Assembly (NCBI GenBank): GCA_963843575.1 | Contig: CAWJKZ010000015.1 | Location: 96,001-160,000, forward strand | From: an uncultured Acidobacteriota bacterium | GTDB taxonomy: Bacteria; Acidobacteriota; UBA6911 | DNA: 64,000 nucleotides | Reading direction: 5' to 3' | Shown: in pieces, positions 40,908 to 51,398 of the stretch | Numbering within the stretch: the first letter of the stretch is position 1 | How the letters are laid out: each line of letters starts with the position of its first letter | Notes under the pieces: generated by a model | Seen by the model: only the letters and a program-made list of their open reading frames with translations | Database searches by the model: none | Told to the model about the DNA's origin: nothing | Program-made: the position numbers and the translations under genes

Positions 40908-43900
40908 ATGGGAGCCCTACACCGTTTCTACCGGATGGCCGGTGCCGGATTCGAGAACTGTTTTTACGTCGAGGCCTGCGAGCCGCTGGAGCCGAACGAA
41001 CTCCAGGTACTGAGATGGCTTCTGGCCGAGACGTTCGAGCCGGACTCGTTTTCGTTCTCCTCGCTGATAGAAGCCGGCGGCGCCGTGGCCGAGGTCGGCC
41101 CGCGCCTGAATTTCGAGACCGCGTTCTCCACCAACGCCGTGTCGATCTGCCGCGCCTGTGGGTTGGGCAAGGTCGTGCGCGTCGAAAAGTCGAGACGCTG
41201 GTTGCTCCCGACCGGGGTTGCGCCGGCGGAATTCGTCGCCGCGCACCATGACCGCATGACCGAGTGCCGTTACCCGGAACCCCTCGCCAGTTTTGAAACC
41301 GGACTCGTGCCTGAGCCGGTGCGGCGGATCCCCGTGCTCGAGCAGGGATGTGAAGCCCTGCGCGCCCTCAACCGTGAATTGGGCCTCGGGATGGACGCCT
41401 GGGACCTGGATTTCTACTACGATTTGTTCCGCAACCATTTCCGGCGCGACCCCACCGACGTGGAGTGCTTCCAGCTTGCCCAGGCCAACAGCGAACATTC
41501 CCGGCACTGGTTTTTCAAGGGTCAGCTCATCATCGACGGCCAGGCGGCGCCCGAAACACTGTTGCAGATCATCAAGTCCACTCTCGAAGCGAACCCGTCG
41601 AACAGCGTCATCGCGTTCCACGACAATTCCAGCGCCATCCGGGGCTACGACGTATGCACGATCTCCCCCCGCGCTCCCGGCCGATGCTCGCCGTTCGACG
41701 TCACGCGAAATGCCTACGACATCATCTTCACCGCGGAGACCCACAACTTCCCGAGCGGGGTCGCGCCATTTCCCGGGGCCGAGACCGGAACGGGCGGACG
41801 AATCCGCGACGTGCACGCGACGGGCCGCGGAGCACTGGTCGTCGCCGGCACCGCGGGTTACTGCACGGGCGGGCTCAACATCCCGGGCCACGCCATTCCC
41901 GGGGAGGACCCCGGATTCGCCTATCCGGGCAATCTCGCGACCCCGCTGCAGATCCTCATCGGGGAAAGCAACGGCGCGTCGGACTACGGCAACAAGTTCG
42001 GAGAACCGCTCATCCAGGGTTTCGCGCGCTCCTTCGGGTTGCGGCTGCCGGACGGGAGCCGGCGCGAATGGGTCAAGCCGATCATGTTTACGGGCGGCGT
42101 CGGGCAGATCGACGCCCGGCACATTCGCAAGGGCGAACCACGTCGGGGGATGCTCGTGGTGCAGGTGGGGGGGCCCGCGTACCGCATCGGTATCGGCGGC
42201 GGGGCCGCCTCGAGCATGATGCAGGGGGAAAACAAGGAAGAGCTCGATTTCAGCGCCGTCCAGCGCGGCGACGCCGAGATGGAGCAGAAAATGAACCGGG
42301 TCATCCGCGCCTGCGTGGAACTGGGGGAGGCCAACCCCATCGTGAGCATTCACGATCAGGGCGCCGGCGGACCCTGCAACGTCGTCACGGAACTCGTGGA
42401 CCCGGCTGGCGGGCGCATCGAGATCAGAAACATCCGGCTGGGCGACCGGACGATGTCGGTGCTCGAGATCTGGGGTGCCGAGTATCAGGAGCGCGTAGCC
42501 CTCCTGTTGCATGCCAAGCGCCTGGCGGGATTCCAGGAGATCTGCGCCCGCGAGAAGGTGAGCTGCGAAATCCTCGGGGAAGTGACCGGTGACGGCAGTA
42601 TCACGGTGCACGACGAGATCGACGATTCGTGCCCGGTTGACCTGGAGCTCGCCCCGATCCTCACCAACATACCCCAGAAGCGGTTCGAGCTGGAGCGGCT
42701 GGCGCAGGCTCGCTCGCCCCTGCGCCTTCCGCCGGATCTGAGGCTGGTGGATGCGGTGCGCGACGTGTTGCGCCTCCCGGCGGTCGGTTCGAAGGGGTTT
42801 CTCGTGCGCAAGGTGGACCGCAGCGTCACGGGCCTGATCGCCCGGCAGCAGTGTTGCGGGCCGCTCCACCTGCCGGTCTGCGACGTGTCGGTGGTCGCTC
42901 AGAGTCACTTCGGTCTGACCGGTGCGGCCCTCAGCATCGGCGAGCAACCGGTCAAGAGCCTGGTCGACGTGCGGGCCGGGGCGCGCATGGCCGTCGCCGA
43001 AGCATTGACCAACATGGTTTGGGCCCTCATCTCCGACCTGTCGCACGTCAAGTGCTCGGTCAACTGGATGTGGGCCGCGAAGACCCCCGGCGAGGGTGCC
43101 GCGATGCACGATGCCGCCGTCGCGTTGCGCGACCTGATGGTCGAACTCGGCATCGCGGCCGACGGCGGGAAGGACAGCCTCTCGATGGCGGCCCGCGTCG
43201 GCGAGGAACTGGTCAAGGCCCCTGGCCAGGTGGTGGTCTCGGGGTACGCCTCGATGCCCGATGTGACCCGCGTCGTGACCCCGGACCTCAAGAGTCCCGG
43301 CGAGAGCCGTCTGATGCTGCTGGACCTGGCTCCAGGGAAGGCGCGCCTCGGGGGCTCCGCCCTCGCCCAGGCGCTTGGCCAGGTCGGGGATGAATCTCCC
43401 GACATCGACGATCCTGCCCTGCTCAAGCGCGCCTTCGTCGTGCTGCAGGACCTCATCCGGGAGGGCCTGGTGCTCGCCGGCCACGATCGCAGCGACGGCG
43501 GCCTGGTCACCACCGTGGCCGAGATGGCCATGGCCGGGAACTGCGGCGTCGACATCGGGCTGGAGGGGGAGTTCGACGATGTTTCTCAACTCTTCGCCGA
43601 GGAAGCCGGGCTGGTTCTGGAATACCTCCCGCAGCACGAGGAACGCATCCGAACGCTGCTCGGCGGGTGCGGCGTCCCGTTCCGCGTCCTGGGCGACACC
43701 ATCAGGGAGCGCCGCGTCACGATGCGCCGGGGCGGCCTCCGCCTCCTGGATCTACCGACCCCACTGCTGCTCTCCTGGTGGGAGGAGACCTCCGACCGCA
43801 TCGAGAGCCTGCAGATGAACCCCGACTGCGCCCGGGAGCAGGCCCTGGCGCACGACCGTCCGGGTCCGCGCTACACGCTTGCGTTCGACCCCGAACCCAC

Positions 43901-44728
43901 GACCGGCGCCTGTCCTTCAGCGAAAGACCAAGCCGAAGGTGGCCATCATCAGGGAAGAGGGGAGCAACGGCGACAGGGAAATGACGTCGGCATTCTATGC
44001 CGCCGGGTTCGAGCCCTGGGACATCACGATGTCGGACCTGCAGCGGGGCGACGTCGAGCTCGACCCCTTCAGGGGCGTCGTGTTCGTCGGAGGCTTCTCC
44101 TACGCCGACGTGCTCGACAGCGCCAAGGGCTGGGCCGGCATCATCCGGTTCGACGAGTCGCTGCGCCACATGTTCGACGGCTTCTACCGGCGCCAGGACA
44201 CGTTTTCGCTCGGCGTCTGCAACGGTTGCCAGCTCATGGCGCTCCTCGGATGGATCCCGTGGGCTGGTATCCCCGACACCAGCCAACCCAGGTTCATCAG
44301 GAACACCTCGGGCCGGTTCGAGTCCCGCTGGGCCACGGTGAAGATCGTCGAGAGCCCCGCCGTCATGCTGAGCGGCATGGAAGGCTCCACGCTCGGCATC
44401 TGGGTCGCCCACGGCGAAGGGCGCTTGCTCTGCCCGGACGGCTCGGTGCTCGACGAGATCCGGCGGCGGAACCTGGCGCCGATGCATTTCGTCGACGACT
44501 CGGGTGAAGCGACGGAGAAATACCCGTTCAACCCGAACGGATCGACCCTCGGGATAACTGTCGCTCTGTTCGGCCGACGGCCGGCACCTGGCGATGATGC
44601 CGCATCCCGAGCGCTCCTTCCTGAAATGGCAGTGGCCTTGGATGCCCGAGGACTGGCGGGCTTCTCTGCGCGCATCCCCGTGGTTGCGCATGTTCCAGAA
44701 TGCGCGTGCCTGGTGCGAAGCGGGGTAG
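40908..44728 (+). CDS. purL: Phosphoribosylformylglycinamidine synthase, large fused type; two +1 frameshifts (~43900, ~44561)
   Basis: NSEHSRH, AETHNFP, HDQGAGG, GGKDSLS; then REEGSNGDREM, GVCNGCQ; final frame gives HLAMMPHPER and ends at TAG 44728. Confidence 0.94.
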
Positions 44729-44737
44729 AGACACAAC

Positions 44738-44818
44738 CACAACAACTTGCCACGGAAATCACGGAATTTCAAAAGTGGAGTTTTCGGTGTTCTTCCGTGG
44801 CCTCCGTGGCGAGTTTTG
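44738..44818. repeat. Family E CCACGGAA doublet
   Basis: CAACAACTTGCCACGGAAATCACGGAA ... TTCCGTGGCCTCCGTGGCGAGTTTT. Confidence 0.75.
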
Positions 44819-44936
44819 GCTTGTGTGCGCCATAGTCTTCGGCGCCCCGATGTACTAATCTTATTCGGTCCCTCCCTGTATGGCATGCGGCCGCTTCCAG
44901 TGCCGCCGCCTCCAGCACACTGTCCATCGGCGATTT

Positions 44937-46865
44937 ATGTCATTGAAACCGGGAGTGCTCTTCAAGGTCGGCAGGGAGGTTGCCCGCCGGTACGCGATCG
45001 GGGCCGAGGTGCTCCCGCAGGGGGGCGTGCATTTCAGGGTGTGGGCGCCGCGCCGGCGCTCGGTCGAAGTTGTGCTGGAGGGCGGGCCCGGCTCCGGCAC
45101 AGGAGAACGGGTCGCGCTCGAGCTTGCGCCGGAGCCGGCCGGATATTTTTCGGTGGTTGCGCCCGACGCAGCCCACGGAACCCTGTACCGGTTCAAGCTG
45201 GACGGGGGCACGCCGGCATACCCCGATCCAGGCTCCCGTTTCCAGCCCGAAGGGCCTGACGGGCCATCACAGGTGATCGATCCGAGGCGCTTTCAATGGA
45301 CGGACGGCCGGTGGCGGGGCGCCGGGCTGAAGGGACAAATCATCTACGAGATGCACATCGGGACCTTCACCCAGACCGGGACGTGGAAGAGCGCGACGCG
45401 CGAACTCCCCGAAGTGGCGGAGACGGGGGTGACCGTCCTGGAAATCATGCCCGTGGCGGACTTCCCCGGCAGGTTCGGCTGGGGGTATGACGGGGTCAAC
45501 CTCTTTGCCCCGACGCGCCTTTATGGCGAGCCCGACGATTTCCGCCGGTTTGTCGACCGCGCCCACGCGCTCGGACTCGCCGTGATCCTGGACGTCGTTT
45601 ACAGCCACCTGGGACCGGATGGTGACTACCTGGGAGAATTCTCCGACTCCTACCTCACCGACCGTCACGAAAACGAGTGGGGGCGGCCCATCAACTTCGA
45701 CGGCCCGGACTCCGGACCCATTCGGGAATTTTTCCTCGCCAACGCAGGCTACTGGGTCGAGGAATTCCACATCGACGGGCTGCGCCTCGCCGCCACCGAC
45801 CAAATCTTCGACAGCTCCCCGGACCACATCATCGCGGAGGTGAGGCGGTGTGTGCGTCAGACGGCACGCGGCCGGACGACGCTCGTGCTGGCCGAGAACG
45901 AGCGCAGGGACGTCAAACTCGTGCGGCGCGAGGAACAGGGCGGATACGGTGTCGACGGCCTCTGGAACGACGACTTCCACCTCAGCGCCATGGTCGCGAT
46001 GACCGGGCGGAAGGAGGCCTACACCACGGACTACTTCGGAAGCCCCCAGGAGTTCATTTCCGCGGTCAAATGGGGTTACCTGTACCAGGGGCAGCGCTGC
46101 AAGTGGATGAAGAAGAAGCGGTGCGGAACCCCTTCGGCCGGCATCGAGCCGGCGGCGTTCGTCCTGTTCATTCAAAACCACGACCAGGTGGCCAACTCGC
46201 CCCGAGGGCTGCGGGTCCACGCCCTGACGAGTCCCGGGGTGTGCCGCGCCGTGACGGCTTTGATGCTACTGGCCCCGGGCACGCCGATGCTGTTTCAGGG
46301 GCAGGAGTTTGCCGCCTCGTCTCCCTTTCTGTATTTCGCCGATCACACGGCCGGCCTGGGCTCCGCAGTACGCAAAGGGAGGGCGGTCTTCCTGTCGCAA
46401 TTCCCCTCCCCCGAGGCGCAGGCGCTGCTGGCCGACCCCGGTTCCGACGAGACCTTCATGCGTTCAAAGCTCGACCTGTCCGAGCGCGCCCTCCACGCGG
46501 AGGCCTACGCGTTGCACTGCGATCTCATCAGGCTTCGACGGGAGGATCCCGTCTTCGTGGCGCAGCGCTGGGGAGGGGTGGACGGTGCCGTCCTCGGGCC
46601 CAACGCGTTTGTCTTGCGCTTCTTCGACGACGGCGCCAACGACCGCCTGCTGATCCTCAACCTCGGCGTCGACCTGCACCTCGATCCCGCCCCGGAGCCG
46701 CTGCTGGCGCCGCCTGAGGGCATGCGCTGGCGCACGATCTGGTCGAGCGAGGACCCGCGTTACGGCGGCAGCGGCACGACGGAGGCGGAAACCGAGGAGG
46801 ATTGGCGCATACCCGGCCACGCCGCGCTGGTGCTGGGTCCGGAAAGAGAAGAACCCGCGGGGTGA
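44937..46865 (+). CDS. treZ: Malto-oligosyltrehalose trehalohydrolase-like GH13 (nucleophile Asp replaced)
   Basis: FRVWAP, WGYDGV, QNHDQVAN, MLFQGQEF; conserved region II reads GLRLAA. Confidence 0.88.
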   Translation: MSLKPGVLFKVGREVARRYAIGAEVLPQGGVHFRVWAPRRRSVEVVLEGGPGSGTGERVALELAPEPAGYFSVVAPDAAHGTLYRFKLDGGTPAYPDPGSRFQPEGPDGPSQVIDPRRFQWTDGRWRGAGLKGQIIYEMHIGTFTQTGTWKSATRELPEVAETGVTVLEIMPVADFPGRFGWGYDGVNLFAPTRLYGEPDDFRRFVDRAHALGLAVILDVVYSHLGPDGDYLGEFSDSYLTDRHENEWGRPINFDGPDSGPIREFFLANAGYWVEEFHIDGLRLAATDQIFDSSPDHIIAEVRRCVRQTARGRTTLVLAENERRDVKLVRREEQGGYGVDGLWNDDFHLSAMVAMTGRKEAYTTDYFGSPQEFISAVKWGYLYQGQRCKWMKKKRCGTPSAGIEPAAFVLFIQNHDQVANSPRGLRVHALTSPGVCRAVTALMLLAPGTPMLFQGQEFAASSPFLYFADHTAGLGSAVRKGRAVFLSQFPSPEAQALLADPGSDETFMRSKLDLSERALHAEAYALHCDLIRLRREDPVFVAQRWGGVDGAVLGPNAFVLRFFDDGANDRLLILNLGVDLHLDPAPEPLLAPPEGMRWRTIWSSEDPRYGGSGTTEAETEEDWRIPGHAALVLGPEREEPAG

Positions 46866-46923
46866 TCCGCCGCTCTGGATGCCGGATCGCTGTTGACCGG
46901 GGAACCGCGATTCGGCGAGGACC

Positions 46924-49410
46924 CTATTGCTGCCTAAGGGTGAGAAGCGGGTCCACGCGCGTCGCCCGTCGCGCCGGGAAGTAGATCGATATGGCGGCCA
47001 CGATCAGCAGCAAGACCGGCACCGTGACAAACGTCCACAAGTCGCGGGGGCCGACGCCGTACAGCAGCGACCCGATGACACGGGTGAGGTGCCAGGCGAG
47101 CACCCAGCCGGCCGCAATCCCCGCACCGGCCAGCAGCAACCCCTGCCGCACCACCATGTGGCGCACGTCCGTCCCGCTCGCGCCGAGCGCCAGGCGAATG
47201 CCGATCTCTCTCCGGCGCTGGCTCACCGAGTAGGCCATGACGCCGTAGATGCCCAAGGCCGCCAGCAGCAGGGCGACGACGGCGAAGACGATCAGCAGGA
47301 ACGTGTTGAACCGTTGCGGGGCGACGGACGCGTTGATCAGTTGGTCCATGGTCTGGACTGCAGTTACTGGGAGGGAAGCGTCCAGCTCCCGAATGGCGTC
47401 GCGCAGCGGGGTCACCAGCGCCAGGGGCTCGCGGTCCGACCGGATCAGCAGATCGACCGCGCGGAGCCAGCCTGTCACGGTTTCGGAGAGCTCCTCGTCG
47501 GGTACCTGCAGATAGGGCTCGTACACCTGCGGGATGGTTTCCGTGTGGAGCGGTCCGTTCTTTGTGTCCGCGACCACGCCTACAATCTCGTACCACGGCG
47601 CCGAGGAGTTTGCGATGCCCCACTTCATACGGCGGCCGACCGGATCCAATCCGGGCCAGAACGTGCGCGCCATCGTTTCGTTGACGACAACCACGCCTTC
47701 CCCTGCGTCGCCGTCCCGATCGGCCAGGTACCTCCCCCGCTTCAACTGGATGCCGAGGACCGTGAAGTAATCGCCGAAAATGCGGGCGCACGACACGACC
47801 TGGGGCGGGCCGTTTTCCCTCGCATACGCGGGTTCGGGGGAGAAGACCCTCCTTTCATGGACCGACAGTGGCAGGTCCGTGGCGATTGCGGCTGCGCGCA
47901 CCCCCGGCACGGCCCTGGCCCGCTCCAGCAGTCCGCGATGAAAGGACCGGATCTGGTACGCTCGGGTGTAGGCGGTGCCTGGCAAGCTCGTCGAGAGACT
48001 CAGCACGTGCTGGGACCGGAATCCAGGGTCCGTCGAGACGAGCCGGATGAAGCTGCGCGCAAGGAGCCCCGCCCCTACCAGGAGAGTGACCGCCAGGGCG
48101 AACTGGGTAACGACCAGGGCCCCGAGAACACGGCCGGGCCGTCTTCCCGCCGTCCCGGTGGGGCCGCCCTCCTTCAGGACCTCGACGAGGTCCCGGCCGG
48201 AGGTCCCCAGTGCCGGGGCGACCCCCGATAACACCGCCGTCAGCACGCAGAGGGTGAGGGTGAACGCGAGCACGCGGCCGTCGATGCCGATCTCGCCGGT
48301 CCGCGGGATGCTGACCGGGGCGAGCGAGACGAGGGCATCGGTCGCCCACTGCGCGATCATCAGCCCTGCTATCCCACCCGACAGGGCGACGGCGAACGTC
48401 TCCGTCAGCACCTGGGTCACGAGGCGGCGGCGCGGGGCCCCCAGCGCGCTGCGGACGGCCATCTCGCGCTGGCGCACGACTGCCCGGGTAAGCAGGAGAT
48501 TGGTGACGTCCGCGCAGGCAATCAGCAGCACCGCCCCTACCGCCGCCAGCAGGATCAGGAGCTGACGCCGCACCGCGCCCACGACCTCGTCGTGAAGCGG
48601 GACGAGCACGGCCCCGAGCTCGAAACTGGGCAGATTCCGGAGGTAAGCAGGGTACTGCTCCTGGAACCGGTGAATCACGACCTCGGCTTCCGCCGTCGCA
48701 TGGCTGAGCGTCGCCTCCGGGGCCAGGCGCGCCAGGACCCCGTTGTTGTACATCATCCCGAAACCGCCCAGTTCGCTGTCGGTAAACGACATCGGCAAGA
48801 ACACTTCGGCCGGCTCGTCGTTGTACACGGGGCCTCGAAGCGGAAACTCGAAACCGACCGGCAGGACCCCCAAAATGGTGTATGGGGTGCGGTCGAGGTA
48901 GATTGCCTGGCCCACCGCCTCGGGATTCCCGCCAAACTGCCTGCGCCAGAGGCCATTGCCGAGAACCGCAACCTTCGCCCGGATCGATTCTTCTTCCCGG
49001 GAGTAAACCCGCCCCAGCGCCGGTTCCACCCCGAGCAGGGGGAACAGGTCTGCCGTGGCCCGCAGGCCGATGATCCTTAGCGGCTGCCCCGAACCCGAAA
49101 GCTCGTACGTGCGGTTCTGGTACGCAGCCGTGCGCTCGAGGAGACGCACCTGCCGGCTGAACGCCACGTAGTCGGGCGCCGAAAAAGGGATCTTCGCCGC
49201 CCCCATCCTGGGCATGGCTTCGTGCACCGTCACCAGACGCTCCGAGTGGGCAAAGGGCAAGGGACGCAGCAGGACGGCGTTCACGACACTGAAGATGGCG
49301 GCGTTTGCCCCGATCCCCAGCCCGAGGGACAGGACGGCGGCAAGGGTGAACGAAGGGTGCTTCAGGAGCAATCTGAACCCGTGACGCAAGTCCCGCAGCA
49401 GGATATCCAT
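46924..49410 (-). CDS. ADOP duplicated ABC permease (MacB/FtsX domains)
   Basis: [55 protein letters not shown]. Confidence 0.94.
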   Translation of the reverse strand: MDILLRDLRHGFRLLLKHPSFTLAAVLSLGLGIGANAAIFSVVNAVLLRPLPFAHSERLVTVHEAMPRMGAAKIPFSAPDYVAFSRQVRLLERTAAYQNRTYELSGSGQPLRIIGLRATADLFPLLGVEPALGRVYSREEESIRAKVAVLGNGLWRRQFGGNPEAVGQAIYLDRTPYTILGVLPVGFEFPLRGPVYNDEPAEVFLPMSFTDSELGGFGMMYNNGVLARLAPEATLSHATAEAEVVIHRFQEQYPAYLRNLPSFELGAVLVPLHDEVVGAVRRQLLILLAAVGAVLLIACADVTNLLLTRAVVRQREMAVRSALGAPRRRLVTQVLTETFAVALSGGIAGLMIAQWATDALVSLAPVSIPRTGEIGIDGRVLAFTLTLCVLTAVLSGVAPALGTSGRDLVEVLKEGGPTGTAGRRPGRVLGALVVTQFALAVTLLVGAGLLARSFIRLVSTDPGFRSQHVLSLSTSLPGTAYTRAYQIRSFHRGLLERARAVPGVRAAAIATDLPLSVHERRVFSPEPAYARENGPPQVVSCARIFGDYFTVLGIQLKRGRYLADRDGDAGEGVVVVNETMARTFWPGLDPVGRRMKWGIANSSAPWYEIVGVVADTKNGPLHTETIPQVYEPYLQVPDEELSETVTGWLRAVDLLIRSDREPLALVTPLRDAIRELDASLPVTAVQTMDQLINASVAPQRFNTFLLIVFAVVALLLAALGIYGVMAYSVSQRRREIGIRLALGASGTDVRHMVVRQGLLLAGAGIAAGWVLAWHLTRVIGSLLYGVGPRDLWTFVTVPVLLLIVAAISIYFPARRATRVDPLLTLRQQ

Positions 49411-49445
49411 GATGGCTCCAGTCTATGGCCCAAGCCTGCGACAGG

Positions 49446-49460
49446 GCAATACCTGTGCCC
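49446..49460 (-). promoter_or_regulatory. Putative sigma54 (-24/-12) promoter
   Basis: Minus strand GGCAC-AGGTA-TTGC (GG-N10-GC), about 36 nt upstream of the ADOP ATG. Confidence 0.45.
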
Positions 49461-49644
49461 ATCACCGGTGAGCGGAACTGAAGCCCACCCGCGACACGGA
49501 ACCGGCCGCATCGAATTACCGGCCTTAGCTCTTTGTTTGCTATGGAATATCAGTGCTGTGCAGAGGGAGTTTCAGGCTCGGGGCCCGTCGCCGAGGCGCG
49601 TGCGCCGGACCGCAAACGGAATGCGGCCGTCCCACTTTCGAAAC

Positions 49645-49884
49645 TAAGTAGACAGTCTCATGGGTACGCTGACTTATTTTTCAGGACGCAGAACAACACG
49701 GGCGATGAAAGACAAAAGCCAAAACAGAACGCAGATTCCGCGGATCCAACGGGTTCCCACGGATCGGCCGCGCCCGGCAGTCCTCGGGAAGGAATGCCGG
49801 GCGCGTCCTGCCACCAGGCAGCAATCCGCGTGCATCCGCGAAGATCCGCGTCCTGGAAACGTTAGCGTATAACACGAGTACTAA
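49645..49884. mobile_element. MITE family C copy
   Basis: TAA-GTAG...TACGCTGAC ... GTTAGCGTA...GTAC-TAA; internal ATCCGCGTGCATCCGCG. Confidence 0.78.
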
Positions 49885-49930
49885 GGGAGTCGGAATCCAA
49901 CTTCCGGCTGCCGGCTTCTGGCTTCTGTTT

Positions 49931-50893
49931 CTACGTCTTCGCCAGGATCGTACGTTCCAGGACGGCCTTGGTCAGTCTGACCCCCTTCAGCTCGTTTTCC
50001 CAGATCTGTTCAGGAGGGATCTGGGGCGGGGCTGCGGCACCCGGGGCGCGGCGCTCCGTCCTGGGATATGAGGATTCTATGCCGTAGAAACCGTGGTATC
50101 CGGAGTCGCGGCAGATCGTGAGCAGTTTCTCGAGATCCCAGCCCGTGTGCGTCTCGTCGGCGTTCCAGGACGCCTTCACCGAGATGCCCTTGGCGTAGGG
50201 GACGATCTTGCGCAGCACCTCGGCATTGTCGTCTCCCTCGTTGACGTTGCCGAAATCCGGGAGGGTCCCGAAATTCGGGTTGTTGACGGTCTTCATGAGG
50301 CTGACCAGAATTCCCGGGTCCGAGGAGGCCCCGCCGTGATTTTCGATGACCACGTTCATGTCCGCCTGCTTGGCATAGTCGAGCAGGTGGTTGAAGCTCT
50401 CCGCCGCGCGGCTGACAAGGTCCCTATCCTGTTTCCATTCGTCGCCTCGTCCACCCCCCATGTTGCAGCGGATCGCGTGGCAGCCCAGGTAGTGGCCGAC
50501 GTCGATCCACTTGCGGTGCAGGACGGCCGCCTGCATGCGCTCCGCCTTGTCTTTCGCCGACATGTCCCCCTCGCCGTCGACCATGACGAGTACGAAGGTG
50601 ATCCCGTTGGCGTTGGCGTTGTTCTTCAGCTGTTGGAGGTAGCGCTGCACCGGGTTTTCGAAGAACTGGTTGACGAGTTCGATCCCGTTGATGTTGAACT
50701 CCTGCCGCACGATCTTGGGCAGGTCGAGCAGCTTCCATTTCTTCGCCTGGAAGAAGCTGCGATTGATGGACCAGGCCGCTATTGAGATATCGTCCTTTGT
50801 CGGACGGTCCGCGGCGCGCAATGCGCCGCTGGTCACCGCCGCCGCGGCAGCCGCTGCCGAAGCGGACAAAAACTCCCGCCTTGTCGTTTCCAT
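49931..50893 (-). CDS. Tat-exported sugar phosphate isomerase/epimerase TIM-barrel protein
   Basis: TRREFL; ISIAAWS, IENHGG, LPDFGN, GIE. Confidence 0.9.
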   Translation of the reverse strand: METTRREFLSASAAAAAAAVTSGALRAADRPTKDDISIAAWSINRSFFQAKKWKLLDLPKIVRQEFNINGIELVNQFFENPVQRYLQQLKNNANANGITFVLVMVDGEGDMSAKDKAERMQAAVLHRKWIDVGHYLGCHAIRCNMGGGRGDEWKQDRDLVSRAAESFNHLLDYAKQADMNVVIENHGGASSDPGILVSLMKTVNNPNFGTLPDFGNVNEGDDNAEVLRKIVPYAKGISVKASWNADETHTGWDLEKLLTICRDSGYHGFYGIESSYPRTERRAPGAAAPPQIPPEQIWENELKGVRLTKAVLERTILAKT

Positions 50894-51042
50894 GTGTGCT
50901 CCCAATGAGTTACGCGTACAGGCCGTGTCCGGCTCCCGTCGCAGGCGCCGAACCGCGGCAGGGCGCGATTATATGACGATTCGAAGCGAATCGACAGAAA
51001 TGATCGGGCTATCGAAACTAGAAGGCGGGGCTGTCGTCGATC

Positions 51043-51216
51043 TCAGGGGTGCCGCGAGAGTTCCTGTGCCGGGTCGGGGGGCTTTTCTTCTTCGCGTCGC
51101 GACGCGACGTCGCACGAATTGGACATTCAGGTCTGCACGCCTAGGCGCGGGAGCACCCAGCGCATGGCCGCGAAATAGGCGGCGAAGACCAAGACCATCA
51201 CGAGCCATTCGGGCAT
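51043..51216 (-). CDS. Candidate small membrane selenoprotein (57 aa, UGA at codon 30)
   Basis: GAGGT RBS; MPEWLVMVLVFAAYFAAMRWVLPRLGVQT-(TGA 51127-51129)-MSNSCDVASRREEEKPPDPAQELSRHP; hairpin right after the UGA. Missed by the ORF track. Confidence 0.65.
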
Positions 51217-51233
51217 TTTAACCTCTACAAATA

Positions 51234-51242
51234 AGTATAGCA
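51234..51242 (-). promoter_or_regulatory. Extended -10 promoter for the small ORF
   Basis: Minus strand TGC-TATACT, 17 nt upstream of ATG 51216. Confidence 0.55.
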
Positions 51243-51293
51243 CGACGCGAGTCCAAGGCTCAGCCGCTATCCTCGATCGAAGACAACACAACA

Positions 51294-51384
51294 CAAGTGG
51301 GTCCGGGCTTCAGCCCGGACGCAGTTTGATCTGAGCTATATAGCGACCGCAAACTACGTCCGGGCTGAAGCCCGGACCCACTTG
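51294..51384. repeat. Family A REPIN-like doublet
   Basis: Perfect inverted 27-bp units. Confidence 0.9.
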
Positions 51385-51398
51385 GTTTTTAGGCGGTG

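Noticed and set aside
43890-44570. Programmed frameshifting or a split purL/purQ
   Set aside because: No slippery sequence or separate start; same +1 insertion pattern as elsewhere in the window.
50969-51208. 79-aa ORF from the ORF track
   Set aside because: No RBS and low-complexity composition; the overlapping frame starting at 51216 has an RBS, a promoter and a TM helix.
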